Assembly (NCBI GenBank): GCA_041490525.1
Contig: JBGPTH010000015.1
Coordinates: 3,867 to 67,866, forward strand
Length of the DNA: 64,000 nt
Direction: 5' to 3'
Source: Nitrospiria bacterium
GTDB lineage: Bacteria; Nitrospirota; Nitrospiria; Nitrospirales; NS-4
Shown in pieces: positions 1-10,387 of this stretch. The position numbers and the translations under genes are program-made. How positions within the stretch are numbered: the first letter of the stretch is position 1; each line of letters opens with the position of its first letter. Under the pieces are notes generated by a model. The model searched no databases, had not been told where the DNA came from, and saw only the letters and a program-made list of their open reading frames with translations.

Positions 1-356
1 GCATGGGGAATTTTCTTCTGAGAGAGAAACGCGAGCAGTTCACGCGCGCCCGGAAGGGGGCGGACTTGTTGAACCAGGCGCGTATAGGCTTCCTTGTGAG
101 ATCGTTGGATCCGCTGCGCCTCCTCGGCGCTCACTTGGCGCCCGGTCTCTCGCATCAGGGCATTCACGAACAGCCCGCCGCTCATCCCGATTTGTCGGTG
201 GATCCTCCAGACCGCCAGCTCGATTCCGGCCCGCTCGAATGCCTCCCGCCACGCCAGCACGTGCTCGTAGACATTGTCCACGAGCGTACCGTCCAAATCG
301 AACAGGAGCGCTCGCTGGCGAGGAGCGTTTCTGGCGTCTCCCAGTGGCTGGACCAT
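1..356 (-). CDS. HAD-superfamily hydrolase (phosphoglycolate-phosphatase-like), N-terminal part only; gene runs off the left edge
   Basis: Not in the ORF track because there is no stop inside the window. Manual reverse translation from ATG 356-354 gives MVQPLGDARNAPRQRALLFDLDGTLVDNVYEHVLAWREAFERAGIE... This contains HAD motif I (DxDGT) followed by a cap-helix-like region. Confidence 0.7.
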   Translation of the reverse strand, partial: MVQPLGDARNAPRQRALLFDLDGTLVDNVYEHVLAWREAFERAGIELAVWRIHRQIGMSGGLFVNALMRETGRQVSAEEAQRIQRSHKEAYTRLVQQVRPLPGARELLAFLSQKKIPH

Positions 357-457
357 TGCGGCTCTCCCAGAAATCAATCAACCCAGGCAACCACAAACAA
401 GAAGGGCAGGGATGAGCCCCCGCCCTTACAACGTCGATATTGACAGGATGGAATAGG

Positions 458-739
458 TCAGGCGGAGGCTGCGGCAGGGGCGGGTTTTGGAGCCGCATAC
501 ACGCTCACCCGCCGGCGGTCCTTCGGGCCTTCGAACTTCACGGTGCCCGCGATTTTGGCGAAGAGCGTATCGTCCTTCCCTCGCCCGACGTTGAAGCCGG
601 GATGGAACTTGGTGCCGCGCTGGCGGACGATGATGCTCCCTCCGGGAACGACCTCGCCCCCGTAACACTTCACGCCGAGATGCTGCGGGTTGCTGTCCCG
701 CCCGTTCCGGCACGACCCTTGGCCTTTTTTGTGCGCCAT
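458..739 (-). CDS. rpmA: 50S ribosomal protein L27
   Basis: 93 aa with the conserved bL27 N-terminus [24 protein letters not shown]. It lies directly downstream of rplU. Confidence 0.97.
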   Translation of the reverse strand: MAHKKGQGSCRNGRDSNPQHLGVKCYGGEVVPGGSIIVRQRGTKFHPGFNVGRGKDDTLFAKIAGTVKFEGPKDRRRVSVYAAPKPAPAAASA

Positions 740-741
740 GA

Positions 742-1056
742 CTAGCCCTCTGATATTCCGGTGATCTTGAGTGCGGTGAAGGATTGCCGGTGCCCATTGG
801 TCCGGCGATAGGCCTTGCGCCGCTTTTTCTTGAAGACAATGATCTTGCGGGAGCGGCCCTGGCCCACGACCTCCCCGGTAACCTTCGCGTTGGCCACGGT
901 GGGAGTCCCGATCTTGGTCTCCCCCTCGCCGGCCACGAAAAGCACTTTTTCCAGCGTGATGGTCGAGCCTACGTCCCCATCCAGGCGTTCGACTTCCAGG
1001 ACCTGTCCCGGCTCGACCCGATACTGCTTTCCGCCCGTTTCGACGATCGCGTACAT
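742..1056 (-). CDS. rplU: 50S ribosomal protein L21
   Basis: 104 aa from the internal ATG at 1056 ([18 protein letters not shown]..., the canonical bL21 start). The track ORF 742..1410 over-extends upstream. Confidence 0.95.
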   Translation of the reverse strand: MYAIVETGGKQYRVEPGQVLEVERLDGDVGSTITLEKVLFVAGEGETKIGTPTVANAKVTGEVVGQGRSRKIIVFKKKRRKAYRRTNGHRQSFTALKITGISEG

Positions 1057-1211
1057 TGCTTGGGATCCCTGTTCAACCGAATGGATTGGAAGAATTGCCT
1101 TTTTAACACAAGGATCAGGGAAAGTCAAGGAATGGAAAGATGGTACAATATCACTCACAGGCCTATGGGCATCAGGCGAGGTTGGACCACGCTTCGCCAG
1201 AGGAGGAGCGT

Positions 1212-1385
1212 ATGAACGTGAGAAGAGAGATCCAGGAATTCGCCAATGCGAGCAACGGGGTCTTATCGGCCCTTCGTGGATGTTCGTTGAGCAGGATTGA
1301 AGAGGACATATTAAGCACGACCCTGACGAAGCTTCGCACCGCGTTGAACAGAAACCAGGCCAGGGGTGACGCGCCCCGCGTTTGA
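1212..1385 (+). CDS. possible small protein (57 aa), unknown function
   Basis: ATG at 1212 is preceded by GAGGAGG with 5-nt spacing. It is an internal start of track ORF 1140..1385. No recognisable motif, and the local sequence is AT-richer. Confidence 0.25.
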   Translation: MNVRREIQEFANASNGVLSALRGCSLSRIEEDILSTTLTKLRTALNRNQARGDAPRV

Positions 1386-1410
1386 CATGGTCCGGAGCCG
1401 CTGTTATCAT
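1382..1410 (+). promoter_or_regulatory. sigma70-like promoter candidate for ilvE (TTGACA-17-TATCAT)
   Basis: TTGACA at 1382-1387, a 17-nt spacer, and TATCAT at 1405-1410. GGAGGGAGG lies between it and the ilvE GTG at 1440. Confidence 0.4.
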
Positions 1411-1439
1411 CGCGCCCGAGAGCGGAGGGAGGAATCGGG

Positions 1440-2354
1440 GTGCTGAAGGAGTCCGAAAAAATCTGGCTGGACGGCGCCTTCGTGCCCTGGAAGGACGCGC
1501 AGGTCCACGTTCTTACCCACAGCCTTCATTACGGGCTGGCCGCCTTTGAGGGCATCCGCTGCTACAAAGGGACCCGGGGCTCGGCGATCTTTCGCCTCAC
1601 TGAGCACGTGGACCGGCTGTTCGCCTCGGCCCACATCACGCTCCTGACGATCCCGTTTGGAAAAAAAGAGATCGGCGACGCCATCCGGGAGACCGTCCGC
1701 GTGAACAAACTCCAGGAATGCTACATCCGTCCCATCGTCTTCATAGGCTACGGCGATATGGGGCTGTACGTGCCGGAGAACCCGATCCGCGTCGCGATCG
1801 CGGCGTGGCCGTGGGGGGCCTACCTCGGCGAGGAAGGGCTCAAGAACGGCATCCGGGCCAAGGTGTCGTCCTTCACCCGGCATCACGTGAACGTCAGCCT
1901 GACCCGAGCCAAGATCTCGGGTTACTACGTGAACTCCATCATGGCCAAGCGCGAGGTGAAGGCCTGCGGCTATGACGAGGCCATCATGCTGGATCCCGAG
2001 GGGTATGTCTCCGAGGGGACGGGGGAGAACCTCTTCCTGGTGCGGAACGGGATCGTCAAGACCACCCCGCTGACCTCGATCCTGGAGGGGATCACCCGCA
2101 ACTCGATCATGCAAGTCGCCCGCGAACGCGGGTTGACCGTCGTGGAGGAGCGATTTACCCGCGACGAGCTCTACATCGCCGATGAGGTGTTCATGACCGG
2201 TACGGCGGCCGAGCTGACGCCCATCCGCGAAGTGGACGACCGCACCGTCGGCACCGGCAAGCCGGGCCCCATCACCAAGGACCTCCAGACCGCGTTCTTC
2301 GATATCGTGCAAGGGCGCGATTCGAAGCACGCTTCCTGGCTCTCGCCCGTCTAA
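1440..2354 (+). CDS. ilvE: branched-chain amino acid aminotransferase (class IV)
   Basis: 304 aa, GTG start. Motifs [16 protein letters not shown] and [10 protein letters not shown] are typical of IlvE. Confidence 0.93.
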   Translation: MLKESEKIWLDGAFVPWKDAQVHVLTHSLHYGLAAFEGIRCYKGTRGSAIFRLTEHVDRLFASAHITLLTIPFGKKEIGDAIRETVRVNKLQECYIRPIVFIGYGDMGLYVPENPIRVAIAAWPWGAYLGEEGLKNGIRAKVSSFTRHHVNVSLTRAKISGYYVNSIMAKREVKACGYDEAIMLDPEGYVSEGTGENLFLVRNGIVKTTPLTSILEGITRNSIMQVARERGLTVVEERFTRDELYIADEVFMTGTAAELTPIREVDDRTVGTGKPGPITKDLQTAFFDIVQGRDSKHASWLSPV

Positions 2355-2373
2355 TCGCCCTCAAGATCCCGGG

Positions 2374-2931
2374 CTAATTCTCTTTATTGGAAGTTTCAGG
2401 GTAGCGCACGGAATGTTCCGGATTCAGTTCCGGGTACCATTTCGCGAGGCAGTCCGAGCAGATCCCGTGGGTAAACTGCATCTCCGAATGTTGTTCGATG
2501 TACTGGACGAGGTCCTTCCAATACCCTTGGATGTCGCGGATCCGTTTGCACGACGCGCAGATGGGCAGCAGTTCACGCAGGACCTTGATCTCGGCCTGCT
2601 TTTGCTTGTACCGCAGCACGAGAATCGCCGTCATCCAGATCATGAACACGATGAGGATGCGATTGGCGATCGACATCCAGAGGACTCCCCCCGGTGGTGA
2701 CACGAAGTAGCCGAGGACGGTCAGCACGGTGGATCCCCCGGCGACGAAAAGGGTGAACCGTCGCTGCGGCGACCAGAGCGAGGACAGGACCAGCCCCACA
2801 TACAGCACCGCATCCGCCACGCCCAAGGGAGTCAACAAATCCAGGCAGAAGACTCCGCCCGCCAGCACGGCCGTCACGCCCGCACGGAGAACGTTGGTCT
2901 GTTCGGCCGGTTTCATCATGACCCGTTGCAA
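2374..2931 (-). CDS. membrane protein (about 4 TM) with C-terminal Cys/His-rich cytoplasmic module
   Basis: 185 aa. The N-terminal part is hydrophobic helices. The C-terminus reads CASCKRIRDIQGYWKDLVQYIEQHSEMQFTHGICSDCLAKW (CxxC...HGxCxxC). Confidence 0.6.
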   Translation of the reverse strand: MQRVMMKPAEQTNVLRAGVTAVLAGGVFCLDLLTPLGVADAVLYVGLVLSSLWSPQRRFTLFVAGGSTVLTVLGYFVSPPGGVLWMSIANRILIVFMIWMTAILVLRYKQKQAEIKVLRELLPICASCKRIRDIQGYWKDLVQYIEQHSEMQFTHGICSDCLAKWYPELNPEHSVRYPETSNKEN

Positions 2932-3015
2932 GTCTCCGGGATCAAAGAACCAGCACTATGAGGGGAAATGATGCCCGGAGTCAAGCGGGGGCTGAGATCC
3001 GGCGGGGGACGTGAA

Positions 3016-3372
3016 CTAGGGGGTGGCCGGCGCAGGGGCGGCCGGGGCCGGTGCCGGCGCGGCTGAAGGAGCGGGCGCATCGGGTGCAGCAGGCGCCGAT
3101 GGAGCGGCGACAGGCTTGTCGAGCCCGATGGTTGAAGAGTAGTTCTGCTGCTTCGACATGATCGCCAGGGCGAGCGAGGTGACCATGAAGATCGTCGCGG
3201 CGACGGCGGTCATCTTGCTCAGGAACGTGCTGGCCCCGCGCGCACCGAACACCGTCTGGCTGGAGCCTCCGAAGGCGGCGCCGATCTCGGCCCCCTTCCC
3301 CGACTGCAGGAGGATCACCCCCACCATGATGAAGGCGACCAGGACATGGAGAATGATCAGCGCGGTGTACAT
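3016..3372 (-). CDS. secG: preprotein translocase subunit SecG
   Basis: 118 aa with two TM helices and the LLQSGKGAEIGAAFGG signature. The tail is Ala/Pro-rich. Confidence 0.9.
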   Translation of the reverse strand: MYTALIILHVLVAFIMVGVILLQSGKGAEIGAAFGGSSQTVFGARGASTFLSKMTAVAATIFMVTSLALAIMSKQQNYSSTIGLDKPVAAPSAPAAPDAPAPSAAPAPAPAAPAPATP

Positions 3373-3383
3373 GCGGCTCCTTG

Positions 3384-4259
3384 TTAGACGGCCCGGGCGA
3401 TGGTCAGGATTCTAGCAAATTGGAGGGGATCGAGGCAAGCACTGCCCACGAGCGCCCCATCGATCTCGGGGGTGGCGAGCAGCTCCGCGATGTTGTCCGA
3501 CGTCACGCTCCCGCCGTAGATGATCGGTACCTGCCCCGCGGCATCCTGCCCCCAGAGGGCCCTGATCCGCGTCCGGATGTGCCGGTGCGCCTCGCGGGCT
3601 TGGTCCGGCGTGGCGGGGTGGCCGGAGCCGATCGCCCAAACGGGCTCGTACGCGATCACGACCTCGCCGGCCCGCTCCTTCGCCACGGCCGCCAAGCCCT
3701 CGGCCAGTTGGACCGAGAGGACCTGCTCGGTCTGTCCGGACGCGCGCTGGTCCGACGTCTCGCCGATGCACAGGATGGGGCGAAGCCCGTGGCGCAGCGC
3801 CGCGGCCGATTTTTTCTGGACGGCGGCGTTGGTCTCCCCGAACACCTGGCGGCGCTCGGAATGGCCGACGATGACATACCGGCAGCCCGCATCCTTCAGC
3901 ATGGAGGCGGAGACTTCGCCGGTGAACGCACCGTGCTCTTCCCAGTGCAGGTCTTGGGCGGAGAGGGCAAAGGGATGGGCGCGGATTGCCGCGGCCACTG
4001 AGGAAAGCGCCGTGAATGGCGGGGCGAGCACAATTATGACGGGAGGGGGCCCCGCTGACGCCCCTCCCGTACCCACCTTACCGGGAGGGGGCCCACCACC
4101 CGCAGAGCCGGGTACCCGCGCCCCTCCCGTGCCCACTATTTCAGCGGGAGGGGGGGGCTGGCGAAGGAGATCCGCCAGGCGGTCCACGAAGGCGTTGGCC
4201 TCCGGGATCGTCTTGTGCATCTTCCAGTTTCCGACGATCAGCCGTGGACGCTGGGGCAT
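3384..4259 (-). CDS. tpiA: triosephosphate isomerase carrying an ~40-aa in-frame insertion
   Basis: 291 aa with LIVGNWKMHKT, VIVGHSERR, IAYEPVWAIGSG and IIYGGSV. Between helix 1 and strand 2 sits an extra Gly/Pro-rich segment: PPPPAEIVGTGGARVPGSAGGGPPPGKVGTGGASAGPPP. Confidence 0.93.
   Translation of the reverse strand: MPQRPRLIVGNWKMHKTIPEANAFVDRLADLLRQPPPPAEIVGTGGARVPGSAGGGPPPGKVGTGGASAGPPPVIIVLAPPFTALSSVAAAIRAHPFALSAQDLHWEEHGAFTGEVSASMLKDAGCRYVIVGHSERRQVFGETNAAVQKKSAAALRHGLRPILCIGETSDQRASGQTEQVLSVQLAEGLAAVAKERAGEVVIAYEPVWAIGSGHPATPDQAREAHRHIRTRIRALWGQDAAGQVPIIYGGSVTSDNIAELLATPEIDGALVGSACLDPLQFARILTIARAV
4039..4153. repeat. tandem GC-rich palindromic units inside the tpiA coding sequence
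   Basis: ACGGGAGGGG (4039-4048) pairs with CCCCTCCCGT (4061-4070). CGGGAGGGG (4082-4090) pairs with CCCCTCCCG (4121-4129). A third half-site CGGGAGGGG lies at 4145-4153. The two units share GGGAGGGGGCCC...CGCCCCTCCCGTRCCCAC. Confidence 0.7.
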
Positions 4260-4277
4260 GGTGGACAGGGGGAGGGC

Positions 4278-5477
4278 TCAGGTCTGCTTGTTGGGAAGGG
4301 CGGCGATCCCCGGAAGGATTTTTCCTTCCAGCAACTCCAGGGCGGCGCCGCCGCCGGTGGAAATAAAGGACATGCTCTCGGAGACCCCGGCCCGATGGAC
4401 GGCCAGGGCGGTGTCCGCCCCGCCGACGATGGTCAGCGCGTAGGCGTCGGCGACGGCGTGGGCCACCGCCAACGTGCCGCGTGAATAGGCGTCGGTTTCA
4501 AAGACCCCCATCGGGCCGTTCCAGAGGATGGTCTTGGCATTGCCGAGCGCCTCGGTGAACAGTTTGACCGAGGCCGGCCCGATGTCCAGGCCGTACCAGC
4601 CCTGGGGGATCTCCTGGGACGTGACGATCTTGGTCTCGGCGCCGGGATTGGTGGAGGCCGCGACGACGCAGTCCACCGGCAGGTAGAACTTCACCCCTCG
4701 GCTGACGGCGTGCTCGTAAATCTCCTTGGCGAACTTCAGCATCCCGTCCTCCACGAGCGAGTTCCCGATCTCATAGCCCAGGGCCCTGAGGTAGGTGAAG
4801 GCCATCCCTCCTCCGATGATGACCTTGTCCACCTTCTTGCCCAGGTTTTCGATGACCCCGATCTTTCCGGATACCTTCGCCCCGCCCAGAATGGCCACGA
4901 AGGGCCGCATAGGGTTGGCCACGGCCCCTTCGAGGTATTCGATTTCCTTCCGCATGAGAAAGCCGGCGCCCGCCTCGGGCAGAAACTTCGTGATTCCGAC
5001 CACGGAGGCATGGTTGCGGTGCGCGGCCCCGAAGGCGTCGTTGACGTAGACGTCGGCGAGCGAGGCCAGCGCCTTGGCGAAGCGCTCGTCGTTCAGCTCT
5101 TCCTCGGGGTGGAAGCGGAGATTTTCGAGCAGGAGGACGTCTCCCGGCTTCATCTTGTTCACGAGCGTTCGGGCCTGGGGCCCGATGCAGTCTTCCGAGA
5201 AGCTGACCTCTTTCCCCAGCAGGCGTTGCAGGCGCCGCGCGACCGGGGCCAGGCTCAAGCGCGGGTCAACCTTGCCATTGGGTCGCCCGAGGTGGGAGCA
5301 GAGGATGACGCGAGCGCCCTCGTCCACAGCGTAATTGATCGTGGGCAGGGTCCCGCGGATGCGGGTATCGTCCGTGATGTGGCCGCTTTCGTCCAGCGGC
5401 ACGTTGAAGTCCGCGCGGATAAGGACGCGCTTGTCTTGGAGGTGCAGGTCCTCGATGGAGACTTTGTTCAGGTGCAT
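4278..5477 (-). CDS. pgk: phosphoglycerate kinase
   Basis: 399 aa with RADFNVPLD, AHRNHAS and STGGGA motifs. Confidence 0.97.
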   Translation of the reverse strand: MHLNKVSIEDLHLQDKRVLIRADFNVPLDESGHITDDTRIRGTLPTINYAVDEGARVILCSHLGRPNGKVDPRLSLAPVARRLQRLLGKEVSFSEDCIGPQARTLVNKMKPGDVLLLENLRFHPEEELNDERFAKALASLADVYVNDAFGAAHRNHASVVGITKFLPEAGAGFLMRKEIEYLEGAVANPMRPFVAILGGAKVSGKIGVIENLGKKVDKVIIGGGMAFTYLRALGYEIGNSLVEDGMLKFAKEIYEHAVSRGVKFYLPVDCVVAASTNPGAETKIVTSQEIPQGWYGLDIGPASVKLFTEALGNAKTILWNGPMGVFETDAYSRGTLAVAHAVADAYALTIVGGADTALAVHRAGVSESMSFISTGGGAALELLEGKILPGIAALPNKQT

Positions 5478-5493
5478 GCGAAACCGGCGGCTA

Positions 5494-6546
<1,053 letters not shown>

Positions 6547-6598
6547 CTATTCGAAAAACGGCGCGGAGTCAAATGCCCTGATCGGGCGCTTGCTGCGG

Positions 6599-7579
6599 TC
6601 AGACTTGCATCGCCTCGCTGGCCTCGGCGATGGTCTCGCGGGCCACGGCGCGGGCCCGCGCCGTTCCCGCCTCGATCACGTCCTCCACGCGGTTCGGCTG
6701 CTGTTCCAGCTTGCGCCGGTTCTCCCAGATGGGGGTCAGGCGTCCCACGATGGCGTCCGACGCCAGTTTCTTGCAGTCGATGCAGCCGATCTCCGCCGTC
6801 CGGCATTCCCGGTTGACCCGATCGATCACGGCTTGGGGCGACACTGGCTTGTGCAGCGTGAAGACCGGGCAGACGTCCGGGTTCCCCTTGTCGGTCCGCC
6901 GCACCCGCGCCGGGTCGGTGACCATCGTTTTGAGCTTGGCCCGCACCTGCGCTTCGGAGTCCGAGAGGTTGATCGTGTTGTTGTAGCTCTTGCTCATCTT
7001 CCGGCCGTCCGTGCCGGGGACCTTGGGGGTCTCCGTGAGCAAGGCCTGGGGCTCCGGAAAGATCGGCTTGTACAGGGAGTTGAACCGCCGGGTGATCTCC
7101 CGGGTCAGTTCGAGATGAGGGAGTTGATCGACTCCCACCGGCACGAAGTTACCCTTGTACAGCAAGATGTCCGCGGCCTGCAGGACCGGATAGCCGAGAA
7201 ACCCGAGGGTGGAGAGGTCGCGTCCTTCGAGGTTCTCCTGCTTTTCCTTGTAGGTGGGGTTCCGCTCCAGCCAGGGGACCGGCGTGATCATGGAGAGGAG
7301 CAGGTAGAGGACGGCGTGCTCCGGCACGCGGGACTGGATGAAGAGCGTGGAGCGGTCGGGATCGAGGCCCGCGGCCAGCCAATCGAGCAGCATCTCCCGG
7401 ACGTAGAACCGGATCTTGGAGGGGTCTTCGAAATTCGTGGAGAGCGCGTGCCAGTCGGCGATGAAGTAGAAGCATTCGTGATCGGCCTGCAGCCGGATGA
7501 AGTTGTCGAGCGCCCCCAGGAGGTTGCCGAGGTGCAGCACCCCGCTCGGCTGCATTCCGCTGAGGACTCGCGTGGGCAT
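6599..7579 (-). CDS. trpS: tryptophan--tRNA ligase
   Basis: 326 aa. Class-I synthetase motifs GVLHLGNLLG and KMSKS in a TrpRS-like context. Confidence 0.94.
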   Translation of the reverse strand: MPTRVLSGMQPSGVLHLGNLLGALDNFIRLQADHECFYFIADWHALSTNFEDPSKIRFYVREMLLDWLAAGLDPDRSTLFIQSRVPEHAVLYLLLSMITPVPWLERNPTYKEKQENLEGRDLSTLGFLGYPVLQAADILLYKGNFVPVGVDQLPHLELTREITRRFNSLYKPIFPEPQALLTETPKVPGTDGRKMSKSYNNTINLSDSEAQVRAKLKTMVTDPARVRRTDKGNPDVCPVFTLHKPVSPQAVIDRVNRECRTAEIGCIDCKKLASDAIVGRLTPIWENRRKLEQQPNRVEDVIEAGTARARAVARETIAEASEAMQV

Positions 7580-7589
7580 CCGGGCCGTC

Positions 7590-8312
7590 CTAAGAGGCGA
7601 AGGTGTTGAGGATCGTCATGGTCAGGCCGTTCACCAGGGGCCCCATCAGCGTGCGAAACACGTGGATCTGGGGGTCCGCGATGACGAGGATGAAGATGAT
7701 CGCCATGCCATAGGGTTCCAGCCGGCTGAGCGCCGCGGCCTGGCGCACGGGCAGGAGATTCACCAGGATGCGGCCCCCGTCCAACGGCGGGATGGGAATC
7801 AGGTTGAAGACCATCAGGACCACGTTGATCATCACCGAATACATGGTCATCCAGGCCAGGGGCACGAGCAGCATGCCCTGGAAGTCCGTTCGCGGGACCA
7901 GGCTGCCGCGGGCGGAGATGGATTCGGCGACGGTCGGGTCGATCGCAAGGATGCCGCTGAAGAGCAGGCCGCTCGCCAGGGCGAGGAGCAGGTTCATGGC
8001 CGGGCCGGCCGCGGCCACGAGCGCCATGTCGCGGCGCGGGTTGCGCAGGTTCATCGCATTGATCGGCACCGGCTTCGCGTAGCCGATGAGGATGCCGGTG
8101 GGAAAAATCACGCACAGGAGCGGGAGGATCACAGTGCCGAACGGATCAATATGGGCGAGCGGGTTGAGCGTGAGCCGTCCTTCCAGGCGGGCCGTGTCGT
8201 CGCCATAATAGGACGCCACCTTGCCGTGGGCGTACTCGTGGAAGACCATGGCCAGGATGAGGGGAATGGCCATGTACGAAATGGTGTGCAGGATGGCGCC
8301 GAGTTGGGTCAC
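7590..8312 (-). CDS. site-2-protease-family (peptidase M50) membrane metalloprotease
   Basis: 240-aa polytopic membrane protein with the HEYAHG (HExxH) motif. No PDZ region is evident. Confidence 0.85.
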   Translation of the reverse strand: MTQLGAILHTISYMAIPLILAMVFHEYAHGKVASYYGDDTARLEGRLTLNPLAHIDPFGTVILPLLCVIFPTGILIGYAKPVPINAMNLRNPRRDMALVAAAGPAMNLLLALASGLLFSGILAIDPTVAESISARGSLVPRTDFQGMLLVPLAWMTMYSVMINVVLMVFNLIPIPPLDGGRILVNLLPVRQAAALSRLEPYGMAIIFILVIADPQIHVFRTLMGPLVNGLTMTILNTFAS

Positions 8313-10303
8313 CGTGGCGTCGTCACCGGTACGAATTTCCCTCCCTTCACCTGGATGAGCTCATACCGCCGCTCCAGGTAGCCCGCCGGGGACATGGTGA
8401 TCGTTCCCGACAGCCCGGCGACGTTTTTTGTGTTCTTGAGGCTGTCCCGAAGGCCCCGGCCGGTGGTGGCGCCCCTTCGAACGGCCTCCAGCACCAGCCG
8501 CGTGGCCTCATAGGCCTGGGCCGCAAACGCCGACGGGGAGGTCTGGAATCGTTTCATGTACCCCTCCGCGAAGTTTCGCACGGCGAGGTCGGGGCTGTCC
8601 ACGAAAAAACTGTCGGCGAAGATGGCTCCTTCCACCGCACGGTCGCCGATCCGGATCAGTTCAGGGGAGTTCATGCCGTTCGTCCCGAGGATGGGCACCT
8701 TTGCGGCGTAGAACGCCAACTGGCCGGCGATCAGGCCCACTTGTTCCGCCTCGCCGGGCAGGAAGACGGCGTCGAAGCCCGGCGTGTACACCTTCGTGTC
8801 TTTGCCCGCCTTCTTGGGCCCCGGCTCAAGCTTCCCCTCCCGCTTGAGGTCGGCCTCTTTGATCCGCTTGATCGAGGGGCCGAAATCTTTGTCCTCGGGC
8901 GCATAGGTCTCGGTCGCGATGATCTCCCCGCCGAACCGGCGGACCTCTTCGATGAAGATCTGACTCATCTCGGCTCCGTAGGGGTCGCGGGGGTACAGGA
9001 CGCAGAATCGTTTCCATCGCATCGGACCGGTCGCGTACGCCGCGAGTTCCTGGACGAGGGCGCGGTTGTTCACGGAGGTGTTGAAAAGGTACCGGCTGGT
9101 GCGCTGTACGTCGGGGGCGGTCGCCGTGGGGGTCACGAACACCACTTCATGGGAGTCCGCCGCCGCGGCGACCGCCTTCACCTCGCGGGTGAGCAGGGGG
9201 CCGATCACCGCGAGAGGCCGGAAGTCCCCTAACAAGTCGTCGAGCTCGAGCGTCAGCTCCTTGGGGTCGCCCGCGGTGTCTTTGACGACCAGGCCGACGG
9301 ACTGGAGCCCGCCCTCCGCGACCATCTCGTCGAAGGCCATCCTGATCCCGTTGAGCACCTCGTCTCCGTACGGGCTGAGGGGCCCCGAGAGCGGGAGAAG
9401 GGCCCCGATGAGAAGGCTCTTGGCCTTGAGCTGCTGGCGGTGGTCGCCCAGCATTCTGCTCACCACGCCGATCTGCTCGTGCAGGGGGAATCGTCGGAAG
9501 AATTCCCGGGCCGTGCGCGCGGCCTTGTAGGATTCCCCCCCGGCCAACTGGAGGTCCAGCAGGCGGAGGAGCGCGGCGTCTCCCGGGAACGCGGTCGGGT
9601 ATCGATCCGCAATGCGCCGGAGGTCCTGTTCGCCGCGCAGGGATCGCAAAAGGTCCCGCACACGCTGCTCGAGAAGGAGCCGGGTGTCGTCGCCCGAAAG
9701 AGCGCGGGTCTCGAGAATGGATTCGACGGCACGGACGTAGTCGCGCTTGGCAAGATACAGCTCTTCAAGGTGTTGCAAGACCGTCAACTTGAAGGCCGGG
9801 TCCGGAGCCTGGTCTTTGGCCTCAAGGAGCGGGGTGAGCGCGTCCTCAGGACGGCCGGCCTTCATGAGGCCGAGGGCCAGCCGGAGCCGCGCCTGCGGGG
9901 CGAACTCGGAGGACGGAAATTCTTCCAAGAGAAGCCGGTAATAGGCGAGCGCCTCTTCCGGGTGCTGTTGATCGGTCTCGATCTGCCCGAGCAGCAGATA
10001 GGCTTCGGGCACGAAGGGGCTCTGAGGAGCGGCGTTGATGAACTTCAGGAGCGCCTCGGCGGCCGGCTCGAGCTTGCCCGCCGCGATCAGCGCTTTCGCC
10101 TTTTCGATCTGGATTTTCTGTGCCTGGACCTGCACCGCCGCTTTATTCGGGAGGTCGGGCTGAGCCCACAGGGGCGGCCCGGAGACCCCCACCGACAGGC
10201 AGAGCGCCGTCATCGCCAGAGCGAAAAGGGGCCGGCTCGGCCTGAGGAACCTTGGAGCAGATGGTGACAACATGGATCGGCGGAGCGACGTGTGTGCGCG
10301 CAT
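8309..10303 (-). CDS. secreted TPR-repeat / type-I periplasmic-binding-protein (LivK/LpoA-like) fusion
   Basis: 664 aa. It has a signal-peptide-like N-terminus, TPR-like helical repeats, then a Leu/Ile/Val-binding-protein-like C-terminal half. It overlaps the M50 gene by 4 nt. Confidence 0.7.
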   Translation of the reverse strand: MRAHTSLRRSMLSPSAPRFLRPSRPLFALAMTALCLSVGVSGPPLWAQPDLPNKAAVQVQAQKIQIEKAKALIAAGKLEPAAEALLKFINAAPQSPFVPEAYLLLGQIETDQQHPEEALAYYRLLLEEFPSSEFAPQARLRLALGLMKAGRPEDALTPLLEAKDQAPDPAFKLTVLQHLEELYLAKRDYVRAVESILETRALSGDDTRLLLEQRVRDLLRSLRGEQDLRRIADRYPTAFPGDAALLRLLDLQLAGGESYKAARTAREFFRRFPLHEQIGVVSRMLGDHRQQLKAKSLLIGALLPLSGPLSPYGDEVLNGIRMAFDEMVAEGGLQSVGLVVKDTAGDPKELTLELDDLLGDFRPLAVIGPLLTREVKAVAAAADSHEVVFVTPTATAPDVQRTSRYLFNTSVNNRALVQELAAYATGPMRWKRFCVLYPRDPYGAEMSQIFIEEVRRFGGEIIATETYAPEDKDFGPSIKRIKEADLKREGKLEPGPKKAGKDTKVYTPGFDAVFLPGEAEQVGLIAGQLAFYAAKVPILGTNGMNSPELIRIGDRAVEGAIFADSFFVDSPDLAVRNFAEGYMKRFQTSPSAFAAQAYEATRLVLEAVRRGATTGRGLRDSLKNTKNVAGLSGTITMSPAGYLERRYELIQVKGGKFVPVTTPR

Positions 10304-10387
10304 GCGGCAGAGTCACTATAGAGGCCAGCGGAGAATGAAGTCAAGGGTGGGTATGCTAGGATACGATTACGGAATGATGGCGAGGGA

